Shown here: piece after piece, positions 1-10,333 of the stretch | How the letters are laid out: the number at the start of each line of letters is the position of its first letter | Position numbering within the stretch: the first letter of the stretch is position 1 | Source: an uncultured delta proteobacterium | GTDB lineage: Bacteria; Myxococcota_A; Polyangia; Fen-1088 | NCBI GenBank assembly: GCA_963755125.1 | Contig: CAVWIP010000008.1 | Span: 352,001 to 416,000, forward strand | DNA length: 64,000 nt | Direction of reading: 5' to 3' | Program-made: the position numbers and the translations under genes | Notes under the pieces: model-generated | What the model saw: the letters and a program-made list of their open reading frames with translations, nothing else | Database searches by the model: none | What the model was told of the DNA's origin: nothing

Positions 1-365
1 CCCGGGTGAAGGCGCTCGTCCTCGGCCAAGAACTCGCGCTGGCGATCCTCGGTCATGTTCGCGGGGCGCCACCGGCCAGAGGTGAATTCCAGGGCGCGGC
101 GGACGTGCCCGGCGAGAGGGCATGGGATCTGGACCACCACCCGGGCGACGTCGAGGCGGACCTCGTACCGCTCGCCGTCCGCCCACTCAACGCGGACGCG
201 GGTCTTGTCGTAGCCGTACTCGGGCGCGACCGCGGCCATGGAGTGGATCGCGTCCTCGGCCTCGGCCCAGGTCGAGAGAGGGCGGTTGAGCGCGGACTGA
301 TCGGAGGATTCGGTCCAGAGAAGAAAGATGTTTTTCAGCGGGACGAGCGAGGCGGGGTTTTGCAT
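1..365 (-). CDS. Mobile-element protein, LPD25-like (large polyvalent protein-associated) domain; runs off left edge
   Basis: Own translation MQNPASLVPLKNIFLLWTESS...TWAEAEDAI...GYDKTRVRVEWADGERYEVRLD with GAGG upstream. The W.ES / GYDKT / DG..Y..R.D pattern resembles LPD25. Not in the ORF track. Confidence 0.55.
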   Translation of the reverse strand, partial: MQNPASLVPLKNIFLLWTESSDQSALNRPLSTWAEAEDAIHSMAAVAPEYGYDKTRVRVEWADGERYEVRLDVARVVVQIPCPLAGHVRRALEFTSGRWRPANMTEDRQREFLAEDERLHP

Positions 366-474
366 CTTGGCACCTCGTTCTTGATTGTGTATCTTGTTCA
401 ACATGTCGTCAAGATCAACAACACGAACAAGTCGCCACTTGCGGAAAGGCGGGAAAACGGGCTATCGTCGCCGC

Positions 475-645
475 ATGGCGAAGAAGCGAGCCGACGGCGC
501 CAAGCCCAAGCCCAGGAAACTCACGGTCTACCTGCCGGCCGAGCTGATCCACGGCCTCAAGGTCATCGCGGCGAAAGAGGAAACGAGTTGCAGCGCCCTT
601 GTCGAGCAGTTGGCGCGTGAGATCGTAAAGGCCCGCGCTGGCTGA
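475..645 (+). CDS. Ribbon-helix-helix (CopG/Arc-like) DNA-binding protein
   Basis: KLTVYLPAELIHGLKVIAAKEETSCSALVEQL fits the RHH strand-helix-helix pattern. Confidence 0.7.
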   Translation: MAKKRADGAKPKPRKLTVYLPAELIHGLKVIAAKEETSCSALVEQLAREIVKARAG

Positions 646-658
646 GATTTGACGCTAG

Positions 659-770
659 CGTCCCTCGACGATCGCGGCGTTGCGTAGGGTGCCGACCTGG
701 TTCGAGAGGGCGAGGCATCTTTGACCGCCGGTCCCGAATCGGCGCCGATGCCCGCGCAGACGCGGCCCCC
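659..770 (-). pseudogene. Degenerate partial copy of the Phd-like gene at 2250-2990
   Basis: Nucleotide similarity to 2704-2815 (LSNQVGTLRNAAIVEGR vs LSNRVGTQRNAAIVEGR). Confidence 0.75.
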
Positions 771-794
771 GCTCGGTGTTCGTTGGGTTCTGCT

Positions 795-1217
795 TTAAGG
801 CCCGCCCTTGTGCGCCACACACGCACCGTCGACGCACGCCTCGCCGAGAGGGCAGTGGCTGTCGCGGGCGCATCCCGTGATGCAAGAGCCCTGCTCGCAG
901 CGTGTGCCGCTGGGGCATTCGCTGTCGAGCTGACAGCCCCGACAGTGATTGGCAAAGCACTCCTGCCCCCCGGGACATTCGCTCCTGTCGTGGCAGTACC
1001 CGGGAATCGGGGAGCAGCTACCGGCGTTGCACGCGAAACCATGGCCGCAGTCCCAGTTGTTGCGACACTGCTGGCACTTTCGGTCGACGCAGAACTCTTT
1101 GTCCTTGCAGTCGCGATCTGCCTCACACGCTGGGTACTTGGCCTTGCAGCCCGTCAGCGCCAGGCCGAGAACAATTGCAACCGAGGCGAAGCGAAGAATG
1201 CGTCTATCGTTCGGCAT
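795..1217 (-). CDS. Cys-rich repeat lipoprotein (myxobacterial type)
   Basis: Lipobox LTGC; repeated C..D..C...E.C....C units. Confidence 0.8.
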   Translation of the reverse strand: MPNDRRILRFASVAIVLGLALTGCKAKYPACEADRDCKDKEFCVDRKCQQCRNNWDCGHGFACNAGSCSPIPGYCHDRSECPGGQECFANHCRGCQLDSECPSGTRCEQGSCITGCARDSHCPLGEACVDGACVAHKGGP

Positions 1218-1857
1218 GAACTTGTCATCTCCCTGTCGGCGGTCGGCAACCCGCGTGAGCGGTCAAGATCCGCACCCAGTTTCCACACGCCACCACAGGA
1301 CCCGAAAGCACGATACGCAGCCTGGCCGTCATGTGGAACATTGTGGTCCCGTGCGGGGTTCGCTGCAAACAGTCCCGAGGCGCGCTACCCCGGCGCACCA
1401 GCGGCCTTGCGGTCGAGCGGGACGACGTTGCCGCCCAATCAGACCAGCGTAAACATGCCCATCACCGTGAGCCCGCTCCCCACGGTGTCCCCCGCCCACG
1501 CCGCAGGCAACCGAAGCAGGCCCAACGGACGCTGGGGTTGGCACCAGCATCAGTGGCGGGGACGCCGGCATGTAAGCACCTGACCTTTCTGCGCCACGGT
1601 TGGGCCAGGGCGCGCTCGACCCCGGCCTCGGGCGCCTGGGATTCCCCCATGGCATGAGCCACCGTCAGGTCGTGGGCGGGCGCCGCGGTCCCACCAGACC
1701 TACCATCTGCCCCCTCCCGGTTTTCTCGCGAATTTCATCGCACTCGTCTCGAAATCGGCTACGGTTTGTCGCTCGCCACTGCTCTTGTGGCTCCCAGAGA
1801 TCGTAAATGGGTTCCGCGTAGAGCACATGGTTTCGACCCCAACCCGAAGGAGATACG

Positions 1858-2169
1858 ATGGCTAAAGGTCCTCTTTCCAAGTCTGAACTGATCCAGCTTC
1901 TCGCCGACCAGTCTGAGAACAAGCTCACCCGCAAGGACGTCAAGGGCATCCTTGAGGCCATGACCACCGTCGGCCATGCCGAACTGAAGAAGAATGGCGT
2001 CTTCATCGTGCCCGGGCTCGTGCGCATGGTCGTGGTCAAGAAGCCGGCCACCAAGGCACGCAAGGGCATCAACCCGTTCACCAAGGAGCCGACGGTATTC
2101 AAGGCCAAGCCGGCCCGCAAGGTGGTCAAGGGACGCCCCGTGAAGGCGGTCAAGGACGCCGTAGCGTAG
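1858..2169 (+). CDS. HU family DNA-binding protein
   Basis: SKSELI...KGINPFTKEP...KAKPARKVVK; GGAG RBS. Confidence 0.92.
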   Translation: MAKGPLSKSELIQLLADQSENKLTRKDVKGILEAMTTVGHAELKKNGVFIVPGLVRMVVVKKPATKARKGINPFTKEPTVFKAKPARKVVKGRPVKAVKDAVA

Positions 2170-2249
2170 CTTCCGCAATCCAAACCGTGCCGAGGGCTGA
2201 CTTTCCCGGCCAGCCCTCAGTGCAGGACGTGGCTGGCTATCCAGCGTCC

Positions 2250-2990
2250 CTACCCCTTCAGCAGCTCGTCGAGCACGGCAAGGTTTTCCTCGGTCATCTC
2301 ATCTTTCTCCGCGAAGAGCGTCTGATCCACTTTCGCGAACGCGGTTTCGCCGGAGGGCCGGCCGTGCTTCCTCGCTTTCGGCGCGGCAGTTCCGCCAGCC
2401 TCCTTTCCCGCAGATCCGGCAAGCCGCCGCTCGACAGCCTCGCGGATGAGGTCGCGCCGGCCAGCATGTCGCGTGTCCGGCGCGGATGCGGCTGTGGCCC
2501 TGCGCGTGGCGGCCTTGGGCGTGGTGGCTCTTGGCGCGACCGCCTTGGTCGCGGCGACTTTGGGCGTGGCGGTCTTGGACGCGACCATCTTGGGGGTGGC
2601 GACAGCCGGTGCGGGAGGTGTCCAGCCCGCCAGATAATCGGGGATGCGCTCGGGCGGGATGATCCGCGCGACCGCCCGGCCGCGGCGTGTGATCTGTACC
2701 TCGCGTCCCTCGACGATTGCGGCATTGCGCTGGGTGCCGACCCGGTTCGAGAGGACGATCGCATCCTTCCCTGCCTCTCCCGAATCGCCGACTATGCCCG
2801 CGCAGACGCGGCCCTGGTCCACGACCACCACCACCGCGTTCTCGCTCTCGATCTGACGCATCACCGCTGGCCACCCGCCGCATCCGCGCCGCTGATCGCT
2901 GTGCCCGAGCTGGTATCTCGTTATCTCGAATCTCCTCTTCGGCGTTGCCACCGGCACCGCCGCGCCAGCCAAGGTTCTCTCTGTAGTCAT
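2250..2990 (-). CDS. Protein with Phd/YefM-like antitoxin segment(s) and an ATPK-rich low-complexity tail
   Basis: EGREVQITRRGRAVARIIP is Phd-like; ATPKxA repeats; GAGG RBS. Confidence 0.55.
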   Translation of the reverse strand: MTTERTLAGAAVPVATPKRRFEITRYQLGHSDQRRGCGGWPAVMRQIESENAVVVVVDQGRVCAGIVGDSGEAGKDAIVLSNRVGTQRNAAIVEGREVQITRRGRAVARIIPPERIPDYLAGWTPPAPAVATPKMVASKTATPKVAATKAVAPRATTPKAATRRATAASAPDTRHAGRRDLIREAVERRLAGSAGKEAGGTAAPKARKHGRPSGETAFAKVDQTLFAEKDEMTEENLAVLDELLKG

Positions 2991-3045
2991 GGCCTCGTCT
3001 TCCTGCGCTTGGGGATCTATCGAGCGTCGCTGGTCCGCCACGATT

Positions 3046-4152
3046 TCACCCCATCCCGAGCGTGCGACGGATTGCGCTGAAGTCAAACCGCCGGCCCGGC
3101 TCCACCTCGTTCTCGCCACGCTCCATCTCCTTCAGCAGTCTCTCCAGGCGGGCGCGGTACTTGGGCTTCGCGGCGGCCTCCCTGGGCGTCAGGCCATCCA
3201 GCGCGGGGAGGCTCTCGTCGGCCCATGTGGCGTAGTGCCGCGCCTTGAACGCCCGCAGGACAGCGTCAATCTCCGGACCTTCCAGGGCGGGCTGTACGTT
3301 GCCCGCAGATTTTGCCATTTCCGCCATCGCCTCGCCGACGCTCCGTTCCTGCCGCCTGCCAAAATGCACCAGATCCCCGAATGCTGTCTCAATGCGCTCG
3401 CGCAGCCGATCGGCGCGGTCCCGCGAGTTGGTCTCCACCACAATCTCACGCGCCTTGACCACGATCGATCCGATGAGCGTGCTCGCCATCGCTATGCCCC
3501 CGCCGTGATCGCGCATGACCAGGTAACGCCGCTCCCGCTCGCCGGGCTCGGGCGCATTCACGTCCGGCATCTTAGCCAGCCCGGCCTCGATAGTTGCCCG
3601 TGCGGCCCTGCTCAAGAGCCTGTAGTGATCGGCGATGAAGGCGAATTCCTCCCCGTCGGTGGTCCGGAGCTGCGGCAGGGGGTTCTGCCAGTCCTCCGTC
3701 TCGCCCTCCCCGCTCTCGGTCAAATCGGTCGAGTCGTCATCGGGCTCATCGGCGTCGATCATCGTCACGCGCTCTCGCACCTCGCTGGCGCGGTACCACC
3801 GCCGCAGCCCCGCCAGCAGCAACACCGCGCCGAGCAGGCCGAACCCGACGAACGGCCGCGCCGCCAGGTAGCTCACCCGCATGACGGTCGCCACCAAGAT
3901 GGCCGCGCCGGCCAGCACCCAGAACCCGGCGCCGAACCTGCCCATGTGACCCCGGAGTTTCTGGCGAAGCTCCACCTCTTCGAGAAGCTGGGCATGTTCT
4001 TCCCGATCGGCGCGGGAAAGCATCTGGGCAAGGATCTCCAGGCGCTTCGGCGACAGTGTCGTGATCTTAACCGCCAACTCCACCAGATCGCGATGCGCCG
4101 TCGGCACGCCGTCTTCAGGCTGCGCTCGTTTGCCGTTCGCGTCTTTCGCCAT
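3046..4152 (-). CDS. Two-TM membrane protein with C-terminal Xre/MbcA/ParS-type (DUF2384-like) domain
   Basis: Two hydrophobic segments; VETNS..RA and WADESLPALDGLTPREAA...LLKEME as in SEC-C-associated proteins. Confidence 0.6.
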   Translation of the reverse strand: MAKDANGKRAQPEDGVPTAHRDLVELAVKITTLSPKRLEILAQMLSRADREEHAQLLEEVELRQKLRGHMGRFGAGFWVLAGAAILVATVMRVSYLAARPFVGFGLLGAVLLLAGLRRWYRASEVRERVTMIDADEPDDDSTDLTESGEGETEDWQNPLPQLRTTDGEEFAFIADHYRLLSRAARATIEAGLAKMPDVNAPEPGERERRYLVMRDHGGGIAMASTLIGSIVVKAREIVVETNSRDRADRLRERIETAFGDLVHFGRRQERSVGEAMAEMAKSAGNVQPALEGPEIDAVLRAFKARHYATWADESLPALDGLTPREAAAKPKYRARLERLLKEMERGENEVEPGRRFDFSAIRRTLGMG

Positions 4153-4312
4153 GAGCCCAGCAACTCTACAAAATTCCCCACCATGCCGCACGCCCGCACC
4201 ACTGCCCGGCAGCGGATGGAAGGTCATCCTCGACTGGCGAGCGCTCGTGCGGACGCGAGGTCAGTAAACGCGGGCCTCCGCGTAGCGCAACGATTTCCTG
4301 CTGGCTGAGTGC

Positions 4313-4591
4313 TCAGGAGTTGAGCGCTTTGTTCAACAGCACGCTGGGCTTGAAGGTCACTACGCGGCGGGCGCTGATCGTGATTTCCTTTCCGGTCTGC
4401 GGGTTGCGACCGACACGCGCCTTCTTGTCCCGGACCACGAAGTTCCCGAAACCCGAGAACTTCAGTTTCTCGCCCTTTTCCAAGGTCTTCTTGACGATGT
4501 CAAAGACGGCCTCCACGGCGTCGATGGCCTCGTTCTTCGAGAAGCCGCCGACCCTCTCGTAGACCGTTGCCACGATGTCCGCCTTGGTCAT
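4313..4591 (-). CDS. ihfA: Integration host factor alpha-like subunit
   Basis: MTKADIV...SGFGNFVVRDKKARVGRNPQTG...RRVVTFKPS. Confidence 0.88.
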   Translation of the reverse strand: MTKADIVATVYERVGGFSKNEAIDAVEAVFDIVKKTLEKGEKLKFSGFGNFVVRDKKARVGRNPQTGKEITISARRVVTFKPSVLLNKALNS

Positions 4592-4896
4592 GTGACTAGG
4601 TTCGCGACAAATCCTGCTGATGTCAAAGGGTTGACGAGGGTGAAGGTCCGTCCCCGCGACCATCTTCGCCTTGTCAACTAGCCGGATTCATGTCGCCCAA
4701 AGGAGCCGTTTAGTTCAGTTCACGGCGATCTGATGGCCTGGAAGCCGTCATATCGGGCGTCATATCGGTGCGAAAAGCACACTTGGCGCTTGCTGCCGCC
4801 GGGGCTGTCTCGGTACGCACACCCGCAACCAGTCGGAACCACCGTGCCGCCGCGCGCAGCGGCGCGCACGGTGGGCCGCTTTGATCGAGGTGTGTG

Positions 4897-5844
4897 ATGA
4901 GCAAGTTAGATGGCTTGATTGACAGGTACGCCGGAAGCCTCGACAGGCGAGGTCTGGCTGCGGAGACGATTGCCGCGCGGGTGCGGGAGGGTGTTCGCTT
5001 TGGAAACTGGCTGCGGACGCGTCGGCCAAGACCGAGGCTCGACGAGATCAGTCCGGAACTGCTGATCCGGTACATCGGCACGAGGAGCGCGTTCCGCTCG
5101 AGGGCGACGGCCAGCGGTGTCGTGTCGAAACTCCGGTGTTTCGGCGAGTTTCTCGTCGAGGAATCGCTCTGGCGAGTGAACCCTCTGCGGTGGATCCGTG
5201 GTCCGAAGATGGATTTGCGGCGGCAGCTGCCGAGGAGGATCGGCCGCGAGCAGTTGCAGGTGCTGTGGCAAGCAGCACAGGTCAGGCCGCAGGAACACGC
5301 GCGGTACCTGTCGTTGTGCGTACTCGGCATCCTCTACGGAACGGGATTGCGGCGGGGCGAGCTGGCGCGGCTGGATCTGTGCGACTGGGACGTCGAGCAT
5401 GGCACCTTGAAGATCGACGGGCGCAAGACAGGCCGTGAGCGCCAGGTCGCGATCGGTGAGGGAGTCGCAAGGTGCATCGAGGCGTACCTCCCGCACCGCC
5501 ACAATCGGCTCGAGAAGACCGGCCGCATCGCGGAAGAGGCGCTGCTGATCAACAACCACGGACAGCGGCTCAACAGCAACAACATCGCCATGCTCATCGG
5601 GCGTCTGTCGCGGGATGCCGGGTTGCCGCGCATCACGATTCACCAGTTCCGGCACAGCTGTGCTTCGGACCTAATCGAGGCGGGAGTGGCGTTGCCCGAC
5701 GTGCAGAGGATGCTCGGGCACGCGGGCATCGCGAGCACCATGCGCTACCTCGACATCGCGGCTCCGGAAAGGGCCGCTGCTATGGGCAAGCATCCGATCA
5801 ACCGGTTTCTGGATGACGGCGACGAAGAAAGGCAGGCGTCATGA
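4897..5844 (+). CDS. Tyrosine recombinase (trio gene 1)
   Basis: GTGLRRGE, RKTGRER, HQFRH, LGH..., MRY. Confidence 0.92.
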   Translation: MSKLDGLIDRYAGSLDRRGLAAETIAARVREGVRFGNWLRTRRPRPRLDEISPELLIRYIGTRSAFRSRATASGVVSKLRCFGEFLVEESLWRVNPLRWIRGPKMDLRRQLPRRIGREQLQVLWQAAQVRPQEHARYLSLCVLGILYGTGLRRGELARLDLCDWDVEHGTLKIDGRKTGRERQVAIGEGVARCIEAYLPHRHNRLEKTGRIAEEALLINNHGQRLNSNNIAMLIGRLSRDAGLPRITIHQFRHSCASDLIEAGVALPDVQRMLGHAGIASTMRYLDIAAPERAAAMGKHPINRFLDDGDEERQAS

Positions 5845-6749
5845 AGAGATACACGCTCGATGCGTGGCAAGAGGGCTACCTGGACTACCTGCGCGACGTG
5901 CGCAAATTGAGCCACCGAACGCTGGTCAACCTGCGCTGCACCCTAGGAAAGATCAGCAGGAGCATGGAGCAGTGGCGACCCGGCACGCCGTTGTGGAAAC
6001 TCTCACTCGACGACTTTCTTCATTGGCTGAACGAGGCCCGCGTGCAAGGCCAGGTGGAGAAGGTGCTGGCCAAGGAACTGAGCCATCTGCGGGGCCTGTT
6101 GGACTACGCCTGGCGCAGCGGGCGCGCCGACCGGAATGTGCTCGACGGGTTCAGCCTGCAGGACAGCTCGCGCCGGGTCGAGCCTCGCTCGCTGACTCTG
6201 GACGAGGCAGAGCGCCTGGTTCGTGCGTGCCCACGAAAGACAACCGAAGATCGGCGCCGACGACTGGTTGTCCTGCTTCTGTATGGATGTGGCCTGCGAA
6301 CTTCGGAGCTCGCCGCCTTGGATGTTTCCGACGTGAACGTCGAGCGCCAGGAAATCCTGATCCGGCACGGCAAGGGCGGTCGGCAGCGGACCATTCCCGT
6401 GCCGGCCGTGGTCTGGACGGAGTTGCTCTCGTACCTGATGGAGAGGGGTGGCAAGCGCGGCCCGCTGTTTCGCACGCAGGCGAGGCAGGCGCGCATTGCG
6501 GCCAGAGAGATCGGTGACATCGTCAGAGAGGCGGCGAGTCGGGGAAGCATCGAATGGCCGATCACGCCGCGCACGCTACGCCACACGTTCGGGACGCACC
6601 TGATGGACGCAGGCGTTGATCTAGGCGTGATCGCGTCGCTGATGGGTCACCGCAGTCCCCAGGAAACGGGTGTCTACCTGCACGTACTGTCCGGGAAAAC
6701 CGAGGCGGCGGTCCGGGTCCTCTTCGCAGACCAGGAGGAGAGTCGATGA
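5841..6749 (+). CDS. Tyrosine recombinase (trio gene 2)
   Basis: GCGLRTSE, GKGGRQR, RTLRH (first His replaced by Arg), MGH..., GVY. Confidence 0.92.
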   Translation: MKRYTLDAWQEGYLDYLRDVRKLSHRTLVNLRCTLGKISRSMEQWRPGTPLWKLSLDDFLHWLNEARVQGQVEKVLAKELSHLRGLLDYAWRSGRADRNVLDGFSLQDSSRRVEPRSLTLDEAERLVRACPRKTTEDRRRRLVVLLLYGCGLRTSELAALDVSDVNVERQEILIRHGKGGRQRTIPVPAVVWTELLSYLMERGGKRGPLFRTQARQARIAAREIGDIVREAASRGSIEWPITPRTLRHTFGTHLMDAGVDLGVIASLMGHRSPQETGVYLHVLSGKTEAAVRVLFADQEESR

Positions 6750-7726
6750 AGTGGGCGTTCTGGTTGGACCTGTACCTACGCAAGCACTGCACGGCGCGCG
6801 GACTCGCGCCACGCACGATCGCGGCGTACGAAGCCACGCTCAAGGGTGTCGTCGCCTACGTGCGCTTCCGTCTGCAGGATCGCGGACCGGATGAGCTCAC
6901 CGCGCGCGACGTCCTGGAGTACGTGGACTACCTGCGCCGCGAGCGTCACAACGGACCGGGGGCGGTGAATCGCCAGGTCACCATCCTCAAGAACATGTAT
7001 CGCGCCGTGATCGCCATGGGCCACTTCGAGCCGGACCGGAACCCGATGGCGTTCTTCCCGAAGATCAAGGCGGCGCCGGTCAAGTTGCCTGTGTTCCTCT
7101 CCGAGGAGGAGGTGCGGCGATTGCTGGGGCAACCCCGGAAGGACACCGTGCTTGGCCTGCGCGATCGAGCGTTGTACACGCTCCTTTACGGAACGGGAAT
7201 TCGCGCGTCCGAATGCGCGACACTGACCGAGGAAGACGTCGATCTCGACGAGAGCACCATCCGCGTGATCGGCAAGGGCGGCCACCAGAGGGTGCTCCCA
7301 CTCCCCGGAGAGGTGACCCACGTGCTGGAGCAGTACCGCCGGGCGCGAGGCCGCGTGACACCCGCGACACCGTTCTTCCAGAGTCGGCGCGGGCGGGGTA
7401 TGTCGCGCAACGCGATCTACGAGCGGGTGCGCACCGGCGCCCGGAAAGCGCGCATCGGCAAGCACGTCTCGCCGCACCGGCTGCGACACACGTTTGCGAC
7501 CCATCTAATAAGGAAGGGAGTCCAACTGGTCACCATTCGTGACTTGCTCGGACACCGATGCATCAGCAGCACGCAGATCTACCTGCACACGACAGCTGAA
7601 GACCTGCGACGGGCGGCGCAGGTCCACCCCGTCGAGAAGCTCGTGGAGCAGTTGCAGAGCCTGCTCCCGAACGTACGGCTGCCATTCCAGTGGCCCCCCG
7701 GGGAGAAGGTGATACCGAGACGGTGA
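6746..7726 (+). CDS. Tyrosine recombinase (trio gene 3), XerD-like
   Basis: GTGIRASE, GKGGHQR, HRLRH, LGH..STQIY. Confidence 0.93.
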   Translation: MKWAFWLDLYLRKHCTARGLAPRTIAAYEATLKGVVAYVRFRLQDRGPDELTARDVLEYVDYLRRERHNGPGAVNRQVTILKNMYRAVIAMGHFEPDRNPMAFFPKIKAAPVKLPVFLSEEEVRRLLGQPRKDTVLGLRDRALYTLLYGTGIRASECATLTEEDVDLDESTIRVIGKGGHQRVLPLPGEVTHVLEQYRRARGRVTPATPFFQSRRGRGMSRNAIYERVRTGARKARIGKHVSPHRLRHTFATHLIRKGVQLVTIRDLLGHRCISSTQIYLHTTAEDLRRAAQVHPVEKLVEQLQSLLPNVRLPFQWPPGEKVIPRR

Positions 7727-7934
7727 CCCCTGGCGATTGAGGAGAAGGCAGATGACCGCTAGAATCCCTGCGGCGCCGGGGAGTCATGCCCAGCGCCGTG
7801 CTCCTGGCCCCAAAAAAGGAACCGCGTAGTATCCGGTGAGCCCAATGTCCGTGCAGATCAACAGCGAACGAACAGGAGGTGAAGTCGCAAGAAGAGGTGC
7901 GCCCAAATTCTTTGGGTGTGGGTATCGAACTAAA

Positions 7935-8993
7935 TACCTCTACGACGCGAACGGAAACCGACTAACGAAGGCCACGTCGAGCGGGACGGAGTCGGGGACC
8001 TACGACAACCAGGATCGTCTGCTCACCTACGGAAAGTGGGCCTACACATACACGGCGAACGGCGAGTTGTTAACCAAGACGGATACCACCAACGGCGCGG
8101 TCACCACGTACAGCTACGACAGCCAGGGGAACCTGCGGTATGTTGCCTTGCCTGATGGACGAGTCATCGACTACGTGGTCGACGGCTTTAACCGGCGCGT
8201 AGGCAAGAAGGTCAACGGTACCCTTACGCGGCGTTGGCTCTACAAGGGCCACCTCAAGCCTGCGGCTGAATTTGATGGGTCAGGTAACCTCGTCGCACAC
8301 TACGTCGGCGGGTTGATGATCACTCCGACCAACACCTATAAGGTCGTGGCCGACCAATTGGGCACACCACGGCTGCTGGTCGACAAGACCAGCGGCGCTG
8401 TCGTCGAACGCATGGACTACGATGAGTTTGGGGAGGTCATCAACGATGTCAGCCCTGGATTCCAAGTGTTTGGGTTTGCGGGTGGGATCTACGATGTGGA
8501 CACGGGGCTGGTCCGGTTCGGAGCAAGGGACTACGACCCAGAAACGGGGAGGTGGACGTCGAAGGATCCGATCTTATTCCGTGGAGGCGATACGGCCTTG
8601 TATGGTTATGTCGTCAGCGACCCCGTAAACAGCTTCGATCCTACGGGCCTCGATTGCGGGAAGAATGACTCCAAGGATAACCAACCGGTAGAATGTGAAA
8701 ACAGAAGCCTTGGTTGCATCGTCTGTAGGCATACGGATGGCTCCATCCACAGCGCTTCGAGTGCTTGCTGGGCTCCCGGTGGACCGCTCAGCTCCGGCGG
8801 TCCCTCTGGGCCCGCAGGGGGCCCGAATGGCCCGGCTCCTCCCGCCCCGCCCGGAGGCCCGACGAGCCCGGATGATCCGGATGAGCCGCAAGGGGGATTC
8901 GGCGACCCTGAGCCCGGACCGCCACCCACCAAAACCAAGATAGATCCCGAGAAGCTTGGAAAATACGTGCGGGATATGTTTGGCTTGGATTGA
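7935..8993 (+). pseudogene. 5'-truncated Rhs/YD-repeat protein with RHS core and a Cys/Pro/Gly-rich C-terminal extension
   Basis: YD repeats, [29 protein letters not shown] boundary. Starts mid-repeat at the trio end. Confidence 0.85.
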
Positions 8994-9024
8994 AGTGGTG
9001 AATAGATAGTTACGCAAGGTGAGC

Positions 9025-10293
9025 TGGAGTTGACCCGATTTGTTGGACGGTTTCGTTACGCGGCTTTCTTCACTGAGTGTATCAGCTCGAATTCGATCGG
9101 GCTGTTGTAATTGAGCGCGGAATGACGGCGGCAAGGGTTGTAGAAGCCTTCGATGTACTCGCCAATCGAGATGTTGGCTGCTTCCCAGCTTTCGAGATCG
9201 TCGATGCCTTCCATCTCGCGCTTGAGGGTCGCGAAGAAGCTCTCGGCCACTCACTGTCCCAGCAGTCTCCCTTCCGGCTCATGCTGCATTCTATGCTTCC
9301 GGCTTCCAGGGCTTTGCGGTAGTCCTCGCTCGCGTACGTGCTGCCTCGATCCGAGTGATGAACCAGGCCGCTGCCGGGCTGGCGTTGGCGCAGGGCCATG
9401 GCCAGCGCCGCGAGCGCGAGGTGGCGATCGACATTCCGACTGGTCGCCCAGCCGACAACCCGCCTGGAAAACAGGTCGAGAATGACCGCGAGATACAGCC
9501 AGCCTTCCTGCGTCCGCAGAAACGTGATGTCAGTGACCCACGACTGGTTGGGACGAAGCGCGGTGGAGTTGCGCTCCAGCACATTCGGCGCGATGGAGAA
9601 GCTGTGCTTCGAGTCGGTGGTTGTGCGAAAACGACGACGACAGCGCGCCACCAGCTTGTTTTCGCGCATCAGCCTGGCCACCCGCTTGCACCCCGCCCGA
9701 TCCCCGGAAGCTTTGAGGTCGGCATGAACGCGGGGACTGCCGTATCGTCGTCGGCTCCTGTGGTGAATCGAGGCTATCCGCTCGGACAGATCCCGGTCAC
9801 GACGCGCATGCAGCGAGGCGGGCCGTCCCTGGCTGGCGTAGTAGCCACTGGGCGAAACGGCCATGACGCGGCAGAGGACGGTGATGGGGAAGGCCACCTT
9901 CTCCTCGGAGATGAACGCGAACCTCACGCGCTCTCCTTGGCGAAGAAGGTGGCCGCCCTTTGGGGGATTTCACGCTCCATGCGGAGGACTTTCACCTCGC
10001 GACGCAGATGCGAAAGTTCTTCCTTCTCGGCGGTCGTCAGGGCACCAGGAGGGCCTTTGCCCTCGTCCACGTCTGCCTGCCGACACCAGTCGTACACCAG
10101 GCTGTTTGCCGGCCTAAAGTCCTTTGCTACCTGCGCGACACTGCGTCCTGCACGGACGAGCGCCACCGTGTCTGCCTTGAACTGGCACGCGTGTGCATGC
10201 GCCGGGTTCGCTTCTTCTTTTGGTCCAACACGTGGTCACCTTTCTACGCCCATTTTCCTGAGCGCGGGTGTCCACCAAATCGGGTCAAGCCCA
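9025..10293 (-). mobile_element. IS3-family element, copy 1 (orfA and orfB frameshifted relative to copy 2)
   Basis: TG...CA terminal IRs (TGGAGTTGACCCGATTTG / CAAATCGGGTCAAGCCCA), 3-bp TSD AGC (9022-24, 10294-96). DDE orfB is broken at GDCWD. Confidence 0.93.
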
Positions 10294-10333
10294 AGCCGTC
10301 AAAGCTGCGCGGCGCGGATGAATACTGAGTCCG

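Larger units (their letters stand above)
4709..7934 (+). mobile_element. Recombinase-in-trio (RIT-like) element
   Basis: Three tyrosine recombinase genes coupled by ATGA overlaps, bounded by TTTAGTTC (4709-4716) and GAACTAAA (7927-7934). The right end abuts a 5'-truncated Rhs gene. Confidence 0.75.

Noticed and set aside
2989..4308. Long antisense ORFs (also 9355-10377, 12999-14492, 17504-18604, 21050-22135, 59017-60051, 62091-63401)
   Set aside because: Shadow frames of recognisable genes in high-GC DNA.
7828..7840. GTATCCGGTG as the far end of a larger IS66 composite
   Set aside because: A better IR match and the TSD are at 12943-12968.
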